A DNA stretch of 63,765 nt, counting the filler, from Craspedostauros australis (Eukaryota): NCBI GenBank assembly GCA_030167865.1. It is 5 parts of 5 records of this genome, joined end to end, with 100 filler letters (N's around TTAATTAATTAA, not from the genome) between each part and the next. Parts side by side here need not be neighbours in the genome. Positions count along the whole stretch, not along the records: positions 13,538 to 42,388 come from JALAGF010001243.1; positions 42,489 to 58,892 come from JALAGF010001245.1; 3 more parts are not named here. One strand, written 5' to 3'. Shown here piece after piece: positions 33,237 through 44,732 of the stretch (the stretch's first letter is position 1; each line of letters begins with the position of its first letter). The position numbers and the translations under genes are program-made. The notes under the pieces are model-generated. The model saw only the letters and a program-made list of their open reading frames with translations, did no database searches and had not been told where the DNA came from.

Positions 33237-34009
33237 TGATGATGCCGATGAGTCGAGGTCACGTATGTACGCGACACGGTGATGCATTCACACATGCTGG
33301 TCTCTGATATTCCAAGCGGCCGTCTTCCACGTAACCTCGTCAGGTCATCCATGCAAGCATTGCTTTCAGGTTGGGCTGCATGCAAGGACTGCGGCGCATT
33401 CATTCGTGTGGGCGATGCAGCCGTATGCGCAAACAGGCCGATGATCCTGTGAAGTGATTCACACAACTCTCAAGTGAACATCTACGCTGCTTCCAACGCA
33501 GGAGGAGCCCGGCGGTGTCACAACGCACGCATCCTGTGATGCGTGATTAGGAAGGCAACATGCACGACGAAGACTCCTCTGGATACCAGCGAATGCAACG
33601 AACGAATGAAAGCATGGACTACAGCTGTTTGGGAGGAACGAAGAAGCAGCCACGTTTGCTTCTTCGCTTGCTTGCCATCACGCAATCTCTCGCCGCATTG
33701 CAATTGTAACAATAGCCAGACAACACAAGAACGACAAGAGAGTATTCTATAGTCGAAGTCGCTGTCGAGAGAGAATCAATGGGGTCCTAATTGCAGTAGT
33801 ATTTCACACCCTTGTGCCCACCATCATCAACTCTCATTAGGAACGCAACAGGGCCATACGACAAGTGACGGCATTGGTGTACTCATCTTCATACAAGATC
33901 TTCAGACGGGCTGGAGCATCATGAATAGATGTGGGTTCTCTATTGCGAAGACGTAGATAGCATGGCACATCATAACGAAGGCACAAGGTTGCACATCGCT
34001 TACGATCCA

Positions 34010-34927
34010 TCACTGCCATGGACGCCAATCATCCTTATCCTTATCATTTCCCACCTCGGACGAGTCCACATCGATGATGGTGGAATCGCTGGGACGCCTC
34101 TTGCGTTTGGGCGTCTCATCGAACGTTTCCGTTATAACCGTCGTGGTGGTGGTGGTGACGGAATCGCTGTAACCGTTGATACCATCGCCGCTGAAGAGAT
34201 CAAAGATACTGGCGCCACCTCCACCAAAGGGCCCGACATCCTCGAGATCGTTGATGCTGTTGCGTCCGCTGACGTTGACGATCTGCTGATTGTCCGGACT
34301 GGATTGCACGGCAGCGCCGCAGTTCAAGCACATGGAGACCTGATCGGGCTGATCCGCCTTGCTCTTGAGGACGGAGACGGGGCTGCCGCAGTTGGGACAT
34401 GTGCCGTCGATCATGTTGAAGTACCGCCATACCTGGAATGTGCCCATTCCCACCAGCGGGAGCACGAAGATGAGGACGAGGAAGGAGTTGAAGATATTGA
34501 GGACGAAGCCACCGATGGGGGAGAGGAAGAAGGCGACCGTCAGAGCGATCGTCAAGACAGTTTTGGCGACCTCACCCAGTTTGTTGCGTCCGCCACCGCC
34601 GCCTGGTGGGAGATCGTACATGTTGAGAACGACGCGGCTGTGGGATGAGCGGCGTTGTCGTCCGAAGATGGAGGATTTGGGGAGCATGCCAAGTGCTTTG
34701 GTGGCTCGGTCGGTGCCTCGATACGAGTGCGCCGTTGGTGCAATTAGCGAGCGATGGAACGCGTTGCAGTGAACATCGGCTCCTGGGCGGGCAGTTGCTC
34801 GTGCGGATGCGGATGCTGGCGACGGCGACCGGAAGGGGGCCATCACCCAACCATGACCAACTTCGACCGTGCAGGCCGCAACGATGGCAATGCCACACAA
34901 GCGGGCGAATCTGAAACGTTTCATCAT
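34010..34927 (-). CDS. Plastid-targeted membrane protein with a Zn ribbon (cyanobacterial/plant-type unknown family)
   Basis: Signal peptide ending GHG-W, transit peptide, two TM helices, CPNC...CLNC, and terminal TIIDVD. Confidence 0.7.
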   Translation of the reverse strand: MMKRFRFARLCGIAIVAACTVEVGHGWVMAPFRSPSPASASARATARPGADVHCNAFHRSLIAPTAHSYRGTDRATKALGMLPKSSIFGRQRRSSHSRVVLNMYDLPPGGGGGRNKLGEVAKTVLTIALTVAFFLSPIGGFVLNIFNSFLVLIFVLPLVGMGTFQVWRYFNMIDGTCPNCGSPVSVLKSKADQPDQVSMCLNCGAAVQSSPDNQQIVNVSGRNSINDLEDVGPFGGGGASIFDLFSGDGINGYSDSVTTTTTTVITETFDETPKRKRRPSDSTIIDVDSSEVGNDKDKDDWRPWQ

Positions 34928-36145
34928 TGTCTTGTTGGGGTTGATTATTGCATGTGTCGAGGAGGGTATGTGCAATAGGTACGAGTACTGTGCTTGTGAT
35001 TGTGGTTGGAAACAGGACGGAGACCGAGACCGCCAGAGCGGCTGTGTCTGTTCGTGGGGGAATGCGTTCCCAAACCCCATGACGAATTTTGGCAGATCGC
35101 GTCAGTCTCCCACGATGTTTCTCTTCGTTGTTCGTCGCGCAACAAGAAAGGTCGATTTCGCCACGATTGGCTTCACGTGACTCGATATCTTCGTCCCCTC
35201 GTGTTTCAATTGTGACATCATTCGTGTCTGGAAGACTGGTGACGTCAGCATATGATTCCGATCCGTCTGTCCTGCGCAGCTGCTGGTGGTACTGCGGAAT
35301 ACGTTCCTTGGAACTGTCCGCGTGGAATCAGCACCGTGGCGTCAATCGATACTGAAGTGTGGTTTCTGTACACGTGAGTGGACCCCAACACATCAACAAC
35401 TTCGTGCAGATCGACCATGGTTGGTGGGTGTCACGTTGGATTCTCCGTCAGCCCCACAAATTGACGCACCACTGAAACAGGTGGATGCGGTGTTCCCGAA
35501 CAGCTTGCCTGTTGTTAGTTGCGTTCTGATCTCTCTCCGAGTCTCTTTTCCTTCTCCACATCTGTCCTCTTCTTCCTTTGTCGTTCGTCTTTGTGTGCGT
35601 ATTGGTAGCTTGTTGGTGTTGATCGCAAGTGTTGAGCACCTCGCAGAGCGTTGGCTGGAACAGGTGGATCCCCATCCTCACAAAATCTTGATTTCTTCAC
35701 CCTTCGGCGTCGTTGACACAATTGGTGACTGCTGCCTCACCTGCTGCACGGATCCTACGCACCTCGCCGATCAGTCAGCAATCAGCAAACAGCACCACAA
35801 ACGTCGCCATCACCCGTCCATCACCCTATCAGTCAGCTACGACCCCACCAGTGAAGCCACAGATACCAATACTCTGCCATCAAATACACATACAGACACA
35901 GACATCAACTGGAGGTCGGACACCAACCAATCCTCCACAAACTCCAATAATCCTAAAGCTATCCACCCATACGTCCATCTATCTATCGATCTATTTCTTC
36001 CTCCTTTCCTGAGTATCGCCCGATTGATCTCTGATTACATTCGTAGCATCGTGATAAATCCCAGCACGCCAATTGCTCCCAACTTGGCTGCTGTCGCCCT
36101 GACTATCACCAGCACCATCGGCATCAGCATCAGCATCACTCAAAG

Positions 36146-37750
36146 ATGAGATTGAAGAGCCCCAGCACGCTGTCGTCCAGCAACAACCCTGATCGCGGAA
36201 CCAGACACCGTGCAGGAACTGTCCCATCGTCCGTTTCCTCGCTGGACTTCAAGGCCAACAACCGCAGCAACCAGAAGCTCACAACCACCAAGCCATCGAA
36301 GAGCCTCAATGCCAACCGCTCAGGATCCTCCTCATCATCCGATGATTCCACTGAAGTCTACCAGGACGGTGACGACGCCTATCAGCAGCAACAACAACAA
36401 CAGCAGAAGCGGCGGCGCAATGCCCGCACCACCAGCATCCCGGCTCACAAGTACAGCCTGGACGATCTGCAGTATTTGAGCGAGGAGGAGCTCACGCAGG
36501 CCTTCATCGACGATCCGAGCTTGGCGGCGGCCGTCAACGAGGCCGCCCAAAACAAGAAGCAGAAGCGACGCTCGTCCCGAAGCAGTGGCAGCACCGACAA
36601 CGAAGGCAATAGCGGCAGCAGCAGTCGGAGGCGGTCCTCCAAGCCGCAGTCAGCACCGAAGGCCGACGGTCGCAGCCGATACTACCGATCATCGGATGGA
36701 TCCGTCAAGGACATCGCGCAGCATCCCGATCATTTGAGGGAGATGATGGATGGCGGCGTGCCAGTCTTTCAATGGGTCACCATTCTCATGCTTCTGGGCG
36801 CGGCGGGATACCAGCTCTACAAGACCTTGAAGCTACCTTCTGCCGCAAAGCGAGCTACTCAGACCACGCGCAGTGCCAAGCTCCATCATAATTCCGACAA
36901 GAAGAAGAAAGCGGACAAGCGAAAGGCGAAGCGCGGGTCTCAACAAGCAGCACAGCAGAAGCAACGATCACCAAAGCAACCGCAACAGGAGGCTCCAACT
37001 GCGACCGCATCTCGATCGCCAATCATCATCGCTGAGACCACGCAACCGACAGAACCCGTCACCACCGTCGAAAGCTCCACACCATCCAAGAAGTCCAAGA
37101 GCAAGTCCGGCGCATCCAAACGCAAGGCTGCAGCAGCCAAGCGCAAGGCGGCAAAGCCGGAATCGCGAAGACAGGACGATACTGCCCCGGTGACGAAGGA
37201 AGCCACGGCGGTGGAATCCAAGGACGAAGCTGCCCCGACGCCGAGTGCCCAGCAATCTGAAAAGCAACTGAAGCCGGCAGCAGCCGAACTTGAATCGGAG
37301 GAAACTCAAACCGAATCACCAAATGAAGTGGCGGCGGAACAGCCAAAGCAAGCGGACGCACCAGCTGAGACGGCAGAGGCTCCAGCATCCGACGCCGAAA
37401 AGGAGAATCAAGTCAACGCAGCCACAGCCACAACTAACGGCAACAGCGACAGCAACACAGCCAGCAGCAACAAGCGGAAGAAGAAAAAGAAGAAGAACAA
37501 CGCCAACAAATCCAAACCACTCCAACCCCACACCACCACGAAGGACCCTGCAGCAACGCCTGCTGCCACTTCTTCTCCTGCCGATGACGAGGCCCTCGCG
37601 AAGCGATTGCAAGACGAAGAAGCCAAGCTTGCCAAGCTGGAAAAAGCAGCGATCGCCGATTCCATGAAGCAACAGGATCAATGGGAAGAGGTTGTGAGCA
37701 AGCGAAGCAAGAAGAAGACTCCGCCGCCCGCATCCTCCGACGAAGAGTAA
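36146..37750 (+). CDS. Hypothetical single-TM protein with a long K/S/A-rich disordered tail
   Basis: 534-aa ORF with coding-like composition; TM segment VPVFQWVTILMLLGAAGYQLY; DDEALAKRLQDEE and QWEEV motifs. Confidence 0.7.
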   Translation: MRLKSPSTLSSSNNPDRGTRHRAGTVPSSVSSLDFKANNRSNQKLTTTKPSKSLNANRSGSSSSSDDSTEVYQDGDDAYQQQQQQQQKRRRNARTTSIPAHKYSLDDLQYLSEEELTQAFIDDPSLAAAVNEAAQNKKQKRRSSRSSGSTDNEGNSGSSSRRRSSKPQSAPKADGRSRYYRSSDGSVKDIAQHPDHLREMMDGGVPVFQWVTILMLLGAAGYQLYKTLKLPSAAKRATQTTRSAKLHHNSDKKKKADKRKAKRGSQQAAQQKQRSPKQPQQEAPTATASRSPIIIAETTQPTEPVTTVESSTPSKKSKSKSGASKRKAAAAKRKAAKPESRRQDDTAPVTKEATAVESKDEAAPTPSAQQSEKQLKPAAAELESEETQTESPNEVAAEQPKQADAPAETAEAPASDAEKENQVNAATATTNGNSDSNTASSNKRKKKKKKNNANKSKPLQPHTTTKDPAATPAATSSPADDEALAKRLQDEEAKLAKLEKAAIADSMKQQDQWEEVVSKRSKKKTPPPASSDEE

Positions 37751-38113
37751 GAGGTGCAGCCAGCGAGTCACCCACGCAAAAAATAACACACATCGACAGG
37801 TAAACCATCAACGACAATGACTGTGTTGACGATGCCGATGGCGATGATAGGAAGACCCATGCTATTGGCCACGCACACACACACAAACGCATAATCCACT
37901 CAAGAGACCCAAACCAACAGGAAAGATACAAGTTTAATTCCCAAATACGATAACAAGCTAGGAGTAAAATACCCACAAAGGGTGACCACAGTATATCGAA
38001 ATACACCGCACGGAACAACCATCACACTACAATTGCTTTCCTACAGGCGTGGTGTTGCCGCCATGCGATGCTCTGCTCTACTTGTATGGTATGCACTCGT
38101 GCCGCAGTGACAG

Positions 38114-39889
38114 TCACTCAGCGGGAGATTTGTCGTCGCTTGCTGTGGCATCGTTGTCATCATCGGTACTCTCTTCCTTCTGCCGTTGGTAGTGCTCAAA
38201 CAATTCCACCAACCCAGCGGAGTATGTCTTCTTGCCTTGTCTCTTTGTGCCCGATCCGTCTGGCTTTGGGTCATTTGTTGCCGCGGGAGTGCTCATCTTG
38301 ATCACGCTACGTTGCATCAGCTTCTGTTCCAACGCCTCGCCATCCAGGTCATGCCATTGCTGTGATGCACTACTGCCACCATCCAACCGCGTTGGTCGAC
38401 GTTGCGTCGTGAAGAAATTCTGCAACCGCCGAGATCGGTCCTTGGCGATCCACTTCGCTTCGCGCTCCAACTGTCCCACCAACCTGCCACGTGCGAACGC
38501 TGCCGATCCATGCTGCTTCAAGGCCTGCCGCACGACGCGATTCTTGACTTCTTGCCTCATCTCCTTCAATGCTTCCGACAACGTTTCGTGCGTATTGCCG
38601 CCCCAAACGCGCGGATCGTGAATGACATACAAGGGCACATCGGCCTCTTTGCAGTACTTTTGGATCAACCGCAAGGCACTGGGAACACGTTGCAAGGCAG
38701 CGCCGTTCGCAATCACCGCATGCGGCTTGTTGGCGGCCCAACACGACTTCGGCTTCCCACCGTTGCCGTCCTGTCCATTGGGGTCATTCTGCAGAAAGGG
38801 TGGAAGGAACCAATCCCACACGTTCTGCGCGGACGGGACCGTGATCTTGTAGACGCCGCCCAGGACGTACCGCCTCACTCTGGAACCACGTTCCATGGGT
38901 GCGTCGTGCTCCACCTTGCCATGGATGCGTAACTTCAGCTCCTCCTTCCACGCATACTGATTCCACGGTGCCTCCAGTTCGTCCTCATCTGCGATGGAGT
39001 GATGGTAACCGTCGGACTGCTTCATCATGGCCTGCTCTTCCTGCTCGTCGGGATCCTCCAATTCCTCGTCGTCGGCGTCACGTTCGATGATCTCGGCCTG
39101 CTGCGAGTGCGAATGCTGCGTCGGCTGCCGCGTGTGGCGTCGCCGTCGACGTCTGTCTTGCGCTCGATTGTCATGCGACGATGCGGAATCGTAGTACTTG
39201 CCTGGATCGTACTTGAAGTCGCCAACCTGATGGGTCTTGCGCAGGCCATATCGATTCAGATCGGCGATGGATGCCTCCATCAGCTCGACGCCCACGCGTT
39301 GCTGCGATTGCGGACTGTTGCACTGCACCAGCGATTTGAGAATAACCTTCTGCGCGACCTTGAGCTTCCTCTTCGCTGCGTTGGCATCGACATTCGACTG
39401 CGAAACACTGCTGTTGTCGACGTTGCCATTGTCGCCGTTCTTGTCATTGTTACTGCTCTCGGCGTCTCCATTGTTGATGCCGTTGTGTCCTTTGGATGGA
39501 TCTCCGGAAGACGACGACCTCTTGAGAGGACGGGCAACCGTCTGGATCACCTTCGGCTTCGCCACATCATCCAGGAAGATCTTATCATGCGCAAGTCTGC
39601 AGTGACCCGAAAAGGCCTTCGTCCTCATCTCCGGCAGATCGATCGCCAGCACGCGCAGCGTCGACGGTATGTTGTCTCGATTGGAACCCGTCAGGTACGG
39701 CTTCTGCTGAATGCGATCCATCAGGTGCACTTCGATACGATAATCCGAATCGTTGTCGTTCGGCGCGGAATCTGCGACCGTCTTGGGCTTGCGGTTCAGC
39801 GCCACGCCAGCTGCGGATGCGGCCATCAAGACTGTCGCCGCGGCCTTTCGCGATGCATCGCCGCGCAATGCGGCAGCGTACAGCGGCAT
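38114..39889 (-). CDS. Hypothetical protein, possibly mitochondrial
   Basis: About 590 aa open frame from MPLYAAALRG, with globular-looking blocks (LRVLAIDLPE, APWNQYAW, KPHAVIANG, VPLYVIHDPRVWG). Confidence 0.7.
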   Translation of the reverse strand: MPLYAAALRGDASRKAAATVLMAASAAGVALNRKPKTVADSAPNDNDSDYRIEVHLMDRIQQKPYLTGSNRDNIPSTLRVLAIDLPEMRTKAFSGHCRLAHDKIFLDDVAKPKVIQTVARPLKRSSSSGDPSKGHNGINNGDAESSNNDKNGDNGNVDNSSVSQSNVDANAAKRKLKVAQKVILKSLVQCNSPQSQQRVGVELMEASIADLNRYGLRKTHQVGDFKYDPGKYYDSASSHDNRAQDRRRRRRHTRQPTQHSHSQQAEIIERDADDEELEDPDEQEEQAMMKQSDGYHHSIADEDELEAPWNQYAWKEELKLRIHGKVEHDAPMERGSRVRRYVLGGVYKITVPSAQNVWDWFLPPFLQNDPNGQDGNGGKPKSCWAANKPHAVIANGAALQRVPSALRLIQKYCKEADVPLYVIHDPRVWGGNTHETLSEALKEMRQEVKNRVVRQALKQHGSAAFARGRLVGQLEREAKWIAKDRSRRLQNFFTTQRRPTRLDGGSSASQQWHDLDGEALEQKLMQRSVIKMSTPAATNDPKPDGSGTKRQGKKTYSAGLVELFEHYQRQKEESTDDDNDATASDDKSPAE

Positions 39890-40733
39890 GGTTGCTGGTG
39901 TTGCTGCTCCAGATGGTTTGGTCCACCCACTGCGATTGGTGCTTGTTGGACAGGTCTCGTGTCCGACTGAATGTGTTGCGATCCGTTCCTCTCCTCCTCT
40001 TCTCAGACAGCTCGTCAAGAGCGCGGATGCAATCAGGTGCGAGGGGGAATGGAGTGAAACGGAACACGATGAAGTGGAGTAGATCGTACCCCGCCCTGCG
40101 ACCAAAACACAGATACGAACTATCCCAGCGCCACTGTTGTGATGTTGGTGCTGGCAGGATCTGCCATGCAGACGAGGAACAGATCCACGAACGAGTGAAC
40201 ATCAGAGAGAGGTGTCAGCGGGTGTCAGTGGTGTGATGGTCATTTTTCAACAACAGAAACGATGCTGTTTGATTCGTCCGATTACTTTGGCGCCATTTTT
40301 CATGTTGAGACGCCCGATTCGTTGCGCGTGTTTGCGTTCTCTGCTTCCACGGAGACATTTTGCGCTAAGAGTCGTGCGCATGGTCTTCGTCGCTCTCTTT
40401 GCGCCAAGACCAGAGAGACTCATGGAACTGAACCATCATGTCAGTATGCTTCCAGTGATTATCCAGCTTCAGGATTCGTGGGTGAAGCGAGAGAATCCAA
40501 CATCGAAAAAGCACGGAGCAAAGAAAGCACAGGCTGGTGATATCCTCACGACGGCTGTCTGCATTTCGTCGGATGCCACCACATATCATCTGAGAGGTGA
40601 TATCTTTCCTATGATGCTGTATGAATTACCTTGCGGCTTAATTTATTGGATGGAGTAGGTATGTAAGAGCAGATCGTTGCCTCGCAGACGCCGAAAGGTT
40701 GGGCGTCATGCTCATGCCATATGTCAGCGTCGA

Positions 40734-41576
40734 TCAATCAGATGAGGTTGCGGTATCATTCTGTGCCCTGATTTTATCTTTGTGAGCTACCAACGCTTCT
40801 TCGAACTCCCTTGCAGCGCTTTCGTAGAAGACGCAACGCTCTTTCGCGTCATAATCATACGCATCGTGCAAATCCACTGGGACCGATACACCGTTTTTCT
40901 CCAACTCTGTTTCCAGGGCCCTCGCATTTTGCTCAAAGAAGTCGCAAGCCTCTTCCCCTCCATAGTTGTAACTTTGGATACACTGCAATGGCGTAGCACC
41001 AGGGCCCCCAATGGTCAAATCGGCACCCCAGGCCACCAACGAAGCGAAAGCGCCATTGCGCCATTCACGTGTTGCTTCCTGGAGTGGGGTAGATCCCCAC
41101 TTGTCTTGGGCGTTGATATCGAACTTGCCAAGTCTCATTAAATAATCAATAGTGTCGGGGCTGCCGCCCATCGCCGCAGCATGAAGCAATGTCCACTCAC
41201 CATTTGCTGGTACTTGGATGTCAGCGTTACCTTCTTCAATCATGAATTGTACGATATCCGCTGCATCAGAACAGAAGTAAAGCGCGTCATCGTACAAGGG
41301 AGTTTTCCCTTCTGCATCTCGAGCGTTTGCATCTGCGTGGCAGGTTTTCACGAGATACTTCACAGCATCAAAATGGCCATTCTTGCAAGCAACGGCAAGT
41401 GGTGTGCGCTTCTTTTCGTCTCTCACTTCGTCAATGGAAGCTTGTAGATTCTCCTTGCGCCATTGCTTGAGTTTCTCAAGATCGCCGTTGTGAGCAGCCT
41501 CGAGCAACTCCACATTCGTCACAGATGACGCCAAGGCGTGACTGGTTGTAACACGTTGGCCTTGAGTGCGCACCAT
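40734..41576 (-). CDS. Ankyrin-repeat protein
   Basis: Repeats LLEAAHNGDLE, RTPLAVACKNGHFDAVKYLV, GKTPLY, WTLLHAAAMGG and GSTPLQEA. Confidence 0.88.
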   Translation of the reverse strand: MVRTQGQRVTTSHALASSVTNVELLEAAHNGDLEKLKQWRKENLQASIDEVRDEKKRTPLAVACKNGHFDAVKYLVKTCHADANARDAEGKTPLYDDALYFCSDAADIVQFMIEEGNADIQVPANGEWTLLHAAAMGGSPDTIDYLMRLGKFDINAQDKWGSTPLQEATREWRNGAFASLVAWGADLTIGGPGATPLQCIQSYNYGGEEACDFFEQNARALETELEKNGVSVPVDLHDAYDYDAKERCVFYESAAREFEEALVAHKDKIRAQNDTATSSD

Positions 41577-42388
41577 GGCTGGAATACTCGTACGAGCGAC
41601 ACGATTCGCAAGTGATGTTGAAGCGAGCCCTTGCTGGCGAAGTGCGGGCGCCACGAATGAGTGGAAGGAGATGTGAATCCGACGCGTTGGTCAGTGGGTT
41701 GCAGTTGCTTGCTCGTGTGGTTGATCTTTTGGTTCTTGGCTTGTGTGGAACGGGGACGTCTGTTGAGACTGTGTGGATTCAAAGGAATGGCGATGACGAT
41801 GTCAGTATGTTGGTGTTGATGTTGTTGATGTTGTCACTGTTTTCCTTTGTTATGAGGACGTATGGATGTGATGGAAGAAGCTTGGTTTGTTCAGTTCACA
41901 TCAGCGTACCTCCACGTTGAGATTTTGGAGCACCTCTGTGGTACAATGAAAACCCGAAACTTGATTGGAGGCTCACAACGATCCATGAGGAGTGTCATGT
42001 CGTGTCGTGTTCCGTTGTGCTGTGCTGTGCTGTGTTGTGCTGTGTTGTTCCTGCCATCTGGTGACATGTGTCTGCTTCTGATAATGGCAGAAAGCATGTG
42101 ACTGCGAATGAAATCTTCCTCAAACCCGTCTCCATCGTGTTCGCATCGTCACAGTCCTATCATGCAAGTAGCGGATCGCCCGCTTACCTGCCTCCCACAT
42201 GCTTACCACATACTCCATTGCTTGCTTCACACGTCGGAGTCAAATCAAGCTCGACTTCGTCATCCCGAACGCATCCTCGACGAAATCAGACAAGAGCACT
42301 TCGCTGCCTGCGCGGAATTGACTGTGTGCCTTGCCGCTAGTTTAACCCCGTCGCTGAAATGCGTCCACATCGACATCGAACCCACCAG

Positions 42389-42488
42389 NNNNNNNNNNNN
42401 NNNNNNNNNNNNNNNNNNNNNNNNNNNNNNNNTTAATTAATTAANNNNNNNNNNNNNNNNNNNNNNNNNNNNNNNNNNNNNNNNNNNN
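42389..42488. other. Artificial contig-joining linker
   Basis: N44-TTAATTAATTAA-N44. Confidence 0.97.
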
Positions 42489-44732
42489 AAGACAAAGCCA
42501 ACAACAACACGACAACAGAGCCAATCCACAAAGAGAAACAGGGCGAAGATTGTGGACTTGTCCAGACCCGCCGAACATCACATTGACATAAGTTCAACTC
42601 CGTCAATCAACGCAAAGAACAAAAGAACGGAAGCCACCCACAACGCAACCGTACGCGTTGGTGATGACACCATTGCGCGAGTGAAGTGTGTCCTTGGTTT
42701 CCTGTTTGCATCATCGCCAAGACACTCACTCTGTCATGGCGTCCGAAGCACGATCAAGATCCACAAATCACAGCATCCGCAAGGCGGAATGGTCGTTCCC
42801 GTTCCCGTTCTCGTCTCCCATCTTTCTTTCCTGTGGCGCTGTTTGCCTCAGATCGTCGTGCATGAATCATAATAAATCCCAATGGCCTCACAACCAACAC
42901 CTATGCACACACTTCTCTTCCATTTACGCATATGTGTTGACATGATTACTCCACGCGGATGATTGTGCTCTTGGGAATCAGACGGCGAGCCCAAACATGC
43001 TTTGACCACACAAAGAGGGGATGGACGGAACTTGCCTGTCTCGATGGTACAGCAAATGCATCCGCTTCGACACCAAGCCCATGGTGAAGGCCAAGTAGAG
43101 TGGGCAGCAGCCCAACTTCCGCGAGCCTCACCAACGCCACAAGTGCTGAAAGTCGTTCCATGGGGCAGACGATGGATTGGTTCCTCGATGCTCCTCCTTT
43201 TCCTCTTCCTTCCTTCGATGTCCAACCGCTCGTCGTTGCTGTCGCTGTCGCAGTTGCCGTTGTTCGTCCATGGTTGCTCCCTTGTTGCAAGTACGTTTGA
43301 TTCACCTCATCATAATGATGATGACAACAACGATGGTGATGATGCATGATGCGCCAAAGTATCCAACCGGACCAGCACGATCATCGCTCGGAGTAGCTCG
43401 TAGCTCGTGGCTCGTACCGTCATGGGTCTGAAGCACGAAAGGACGTTGCTTCCACAACAGCGTTTCGCGCATCTGATCTCCGACCGGTTGCGGCTTGCCC
43501 TTGTTGCTCCCGGCCTCTCTCGGAGAGAACCCAGCTTCGCCTCGCTCCTCCTGAGCCTGAAGAATACCGCGAATGCCGAAAGTGATCGTATGGGTGGTGG
43601 GGAACATGCTCATGGAAGGCGGACAGCAAAGGCGTTAGCACCCTTTTGGATTTCGCGTATGGAGACAACGGAGCGTCGCTCCGCGCAGCGCGAAACCACC
43701 TCGTCGTGGTCGTGTGCAATCGTGTTGTGTTGTTTTCGGAGTGAGAAAGGCAGCAGCAATGTCACGCGCCCACACGTCGCTCTTCTCCCATGTTGATGTT
43801 TCTCTTGGGCGATGTTGATGTTGTTGGGAACATCTTGCCCTCGACGTTTCTTTCTCGTTCTTTTGTGGTGGAAGTTCTGTTCCTTGTTGTTCTGTTTCTG
43901 TGGTCGTTGGTTGTTCGAAGACATGTTGTATTGATCAAACTCGGATAGAATGGAGGCTGCGGTAGATGCAAAACTTCTCATGTTCAAACAACTTTGATTT
44001 CGCAAGAGTGTCCGATTACAATATTCTACGAAACAAATTGTCGTTTGGCCCGCAACGTCATCTGTGCGAGTTGAAGGACACAATGTCTCTTGCGCAGGGC
44101 GCGATGCGAGTCCGAGGAGCCAGTCCTGCGGCAGTCACGGTCAGTACCACAAGGCGACGCGAGATGGAACAGTTCCGGATGTGGCGAAAGATCTTTTTGT
44201 TGCGTGGAGAGGAGTGTGGACATTTGTTCTGCTCTTTGCGGCTTTGGGTCTTGGCGGTGGTCGACGTCAGCCATGACAACATGCGTTTGTTCTGTGGAAC
44301 GGCAGAGAATGTCACGTAGAACAAGAACGGCCACGTTGCACACAACATCTTTCGCCATCTGCCCGTGTCCAGAGAAGCCGAGTTCTGCCGACCTGTCCGC
44401 AATCCTGGCACCTACCAAGTGTTCCCACTGACCATGTTCCGGTGATCCGGCGCAAACGCCTTCCTGATGCACTTCCTCATCCCTCACTGCCCCCGGCCCC
44501 ATGCTCTTATCCGGGCACGTCTCCGAGCACGAGCATCGTAGTTAGTACACGCTCAGAATGGGTAGTAGAGTGTCGAGTCATCGGGCTCTCGGTGGGGGGC
44601 GAGGTACGCTTTTGGATTGCTCACTGCAGAGACTGTAGCGGAGTAGATTCTTGTAGCGTACGAGTACTTAGACTTTTTGCATAGCAGCATCAACGATTAC
44701 TCTGCACTGTACGAGTACTCTCTAGGAAGTTA

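Noticed and set aside
42489..44700. Short ORFs at the start of contig 4
   Set aside because: No homology cues; possibly decayed sequence, but not supportable.
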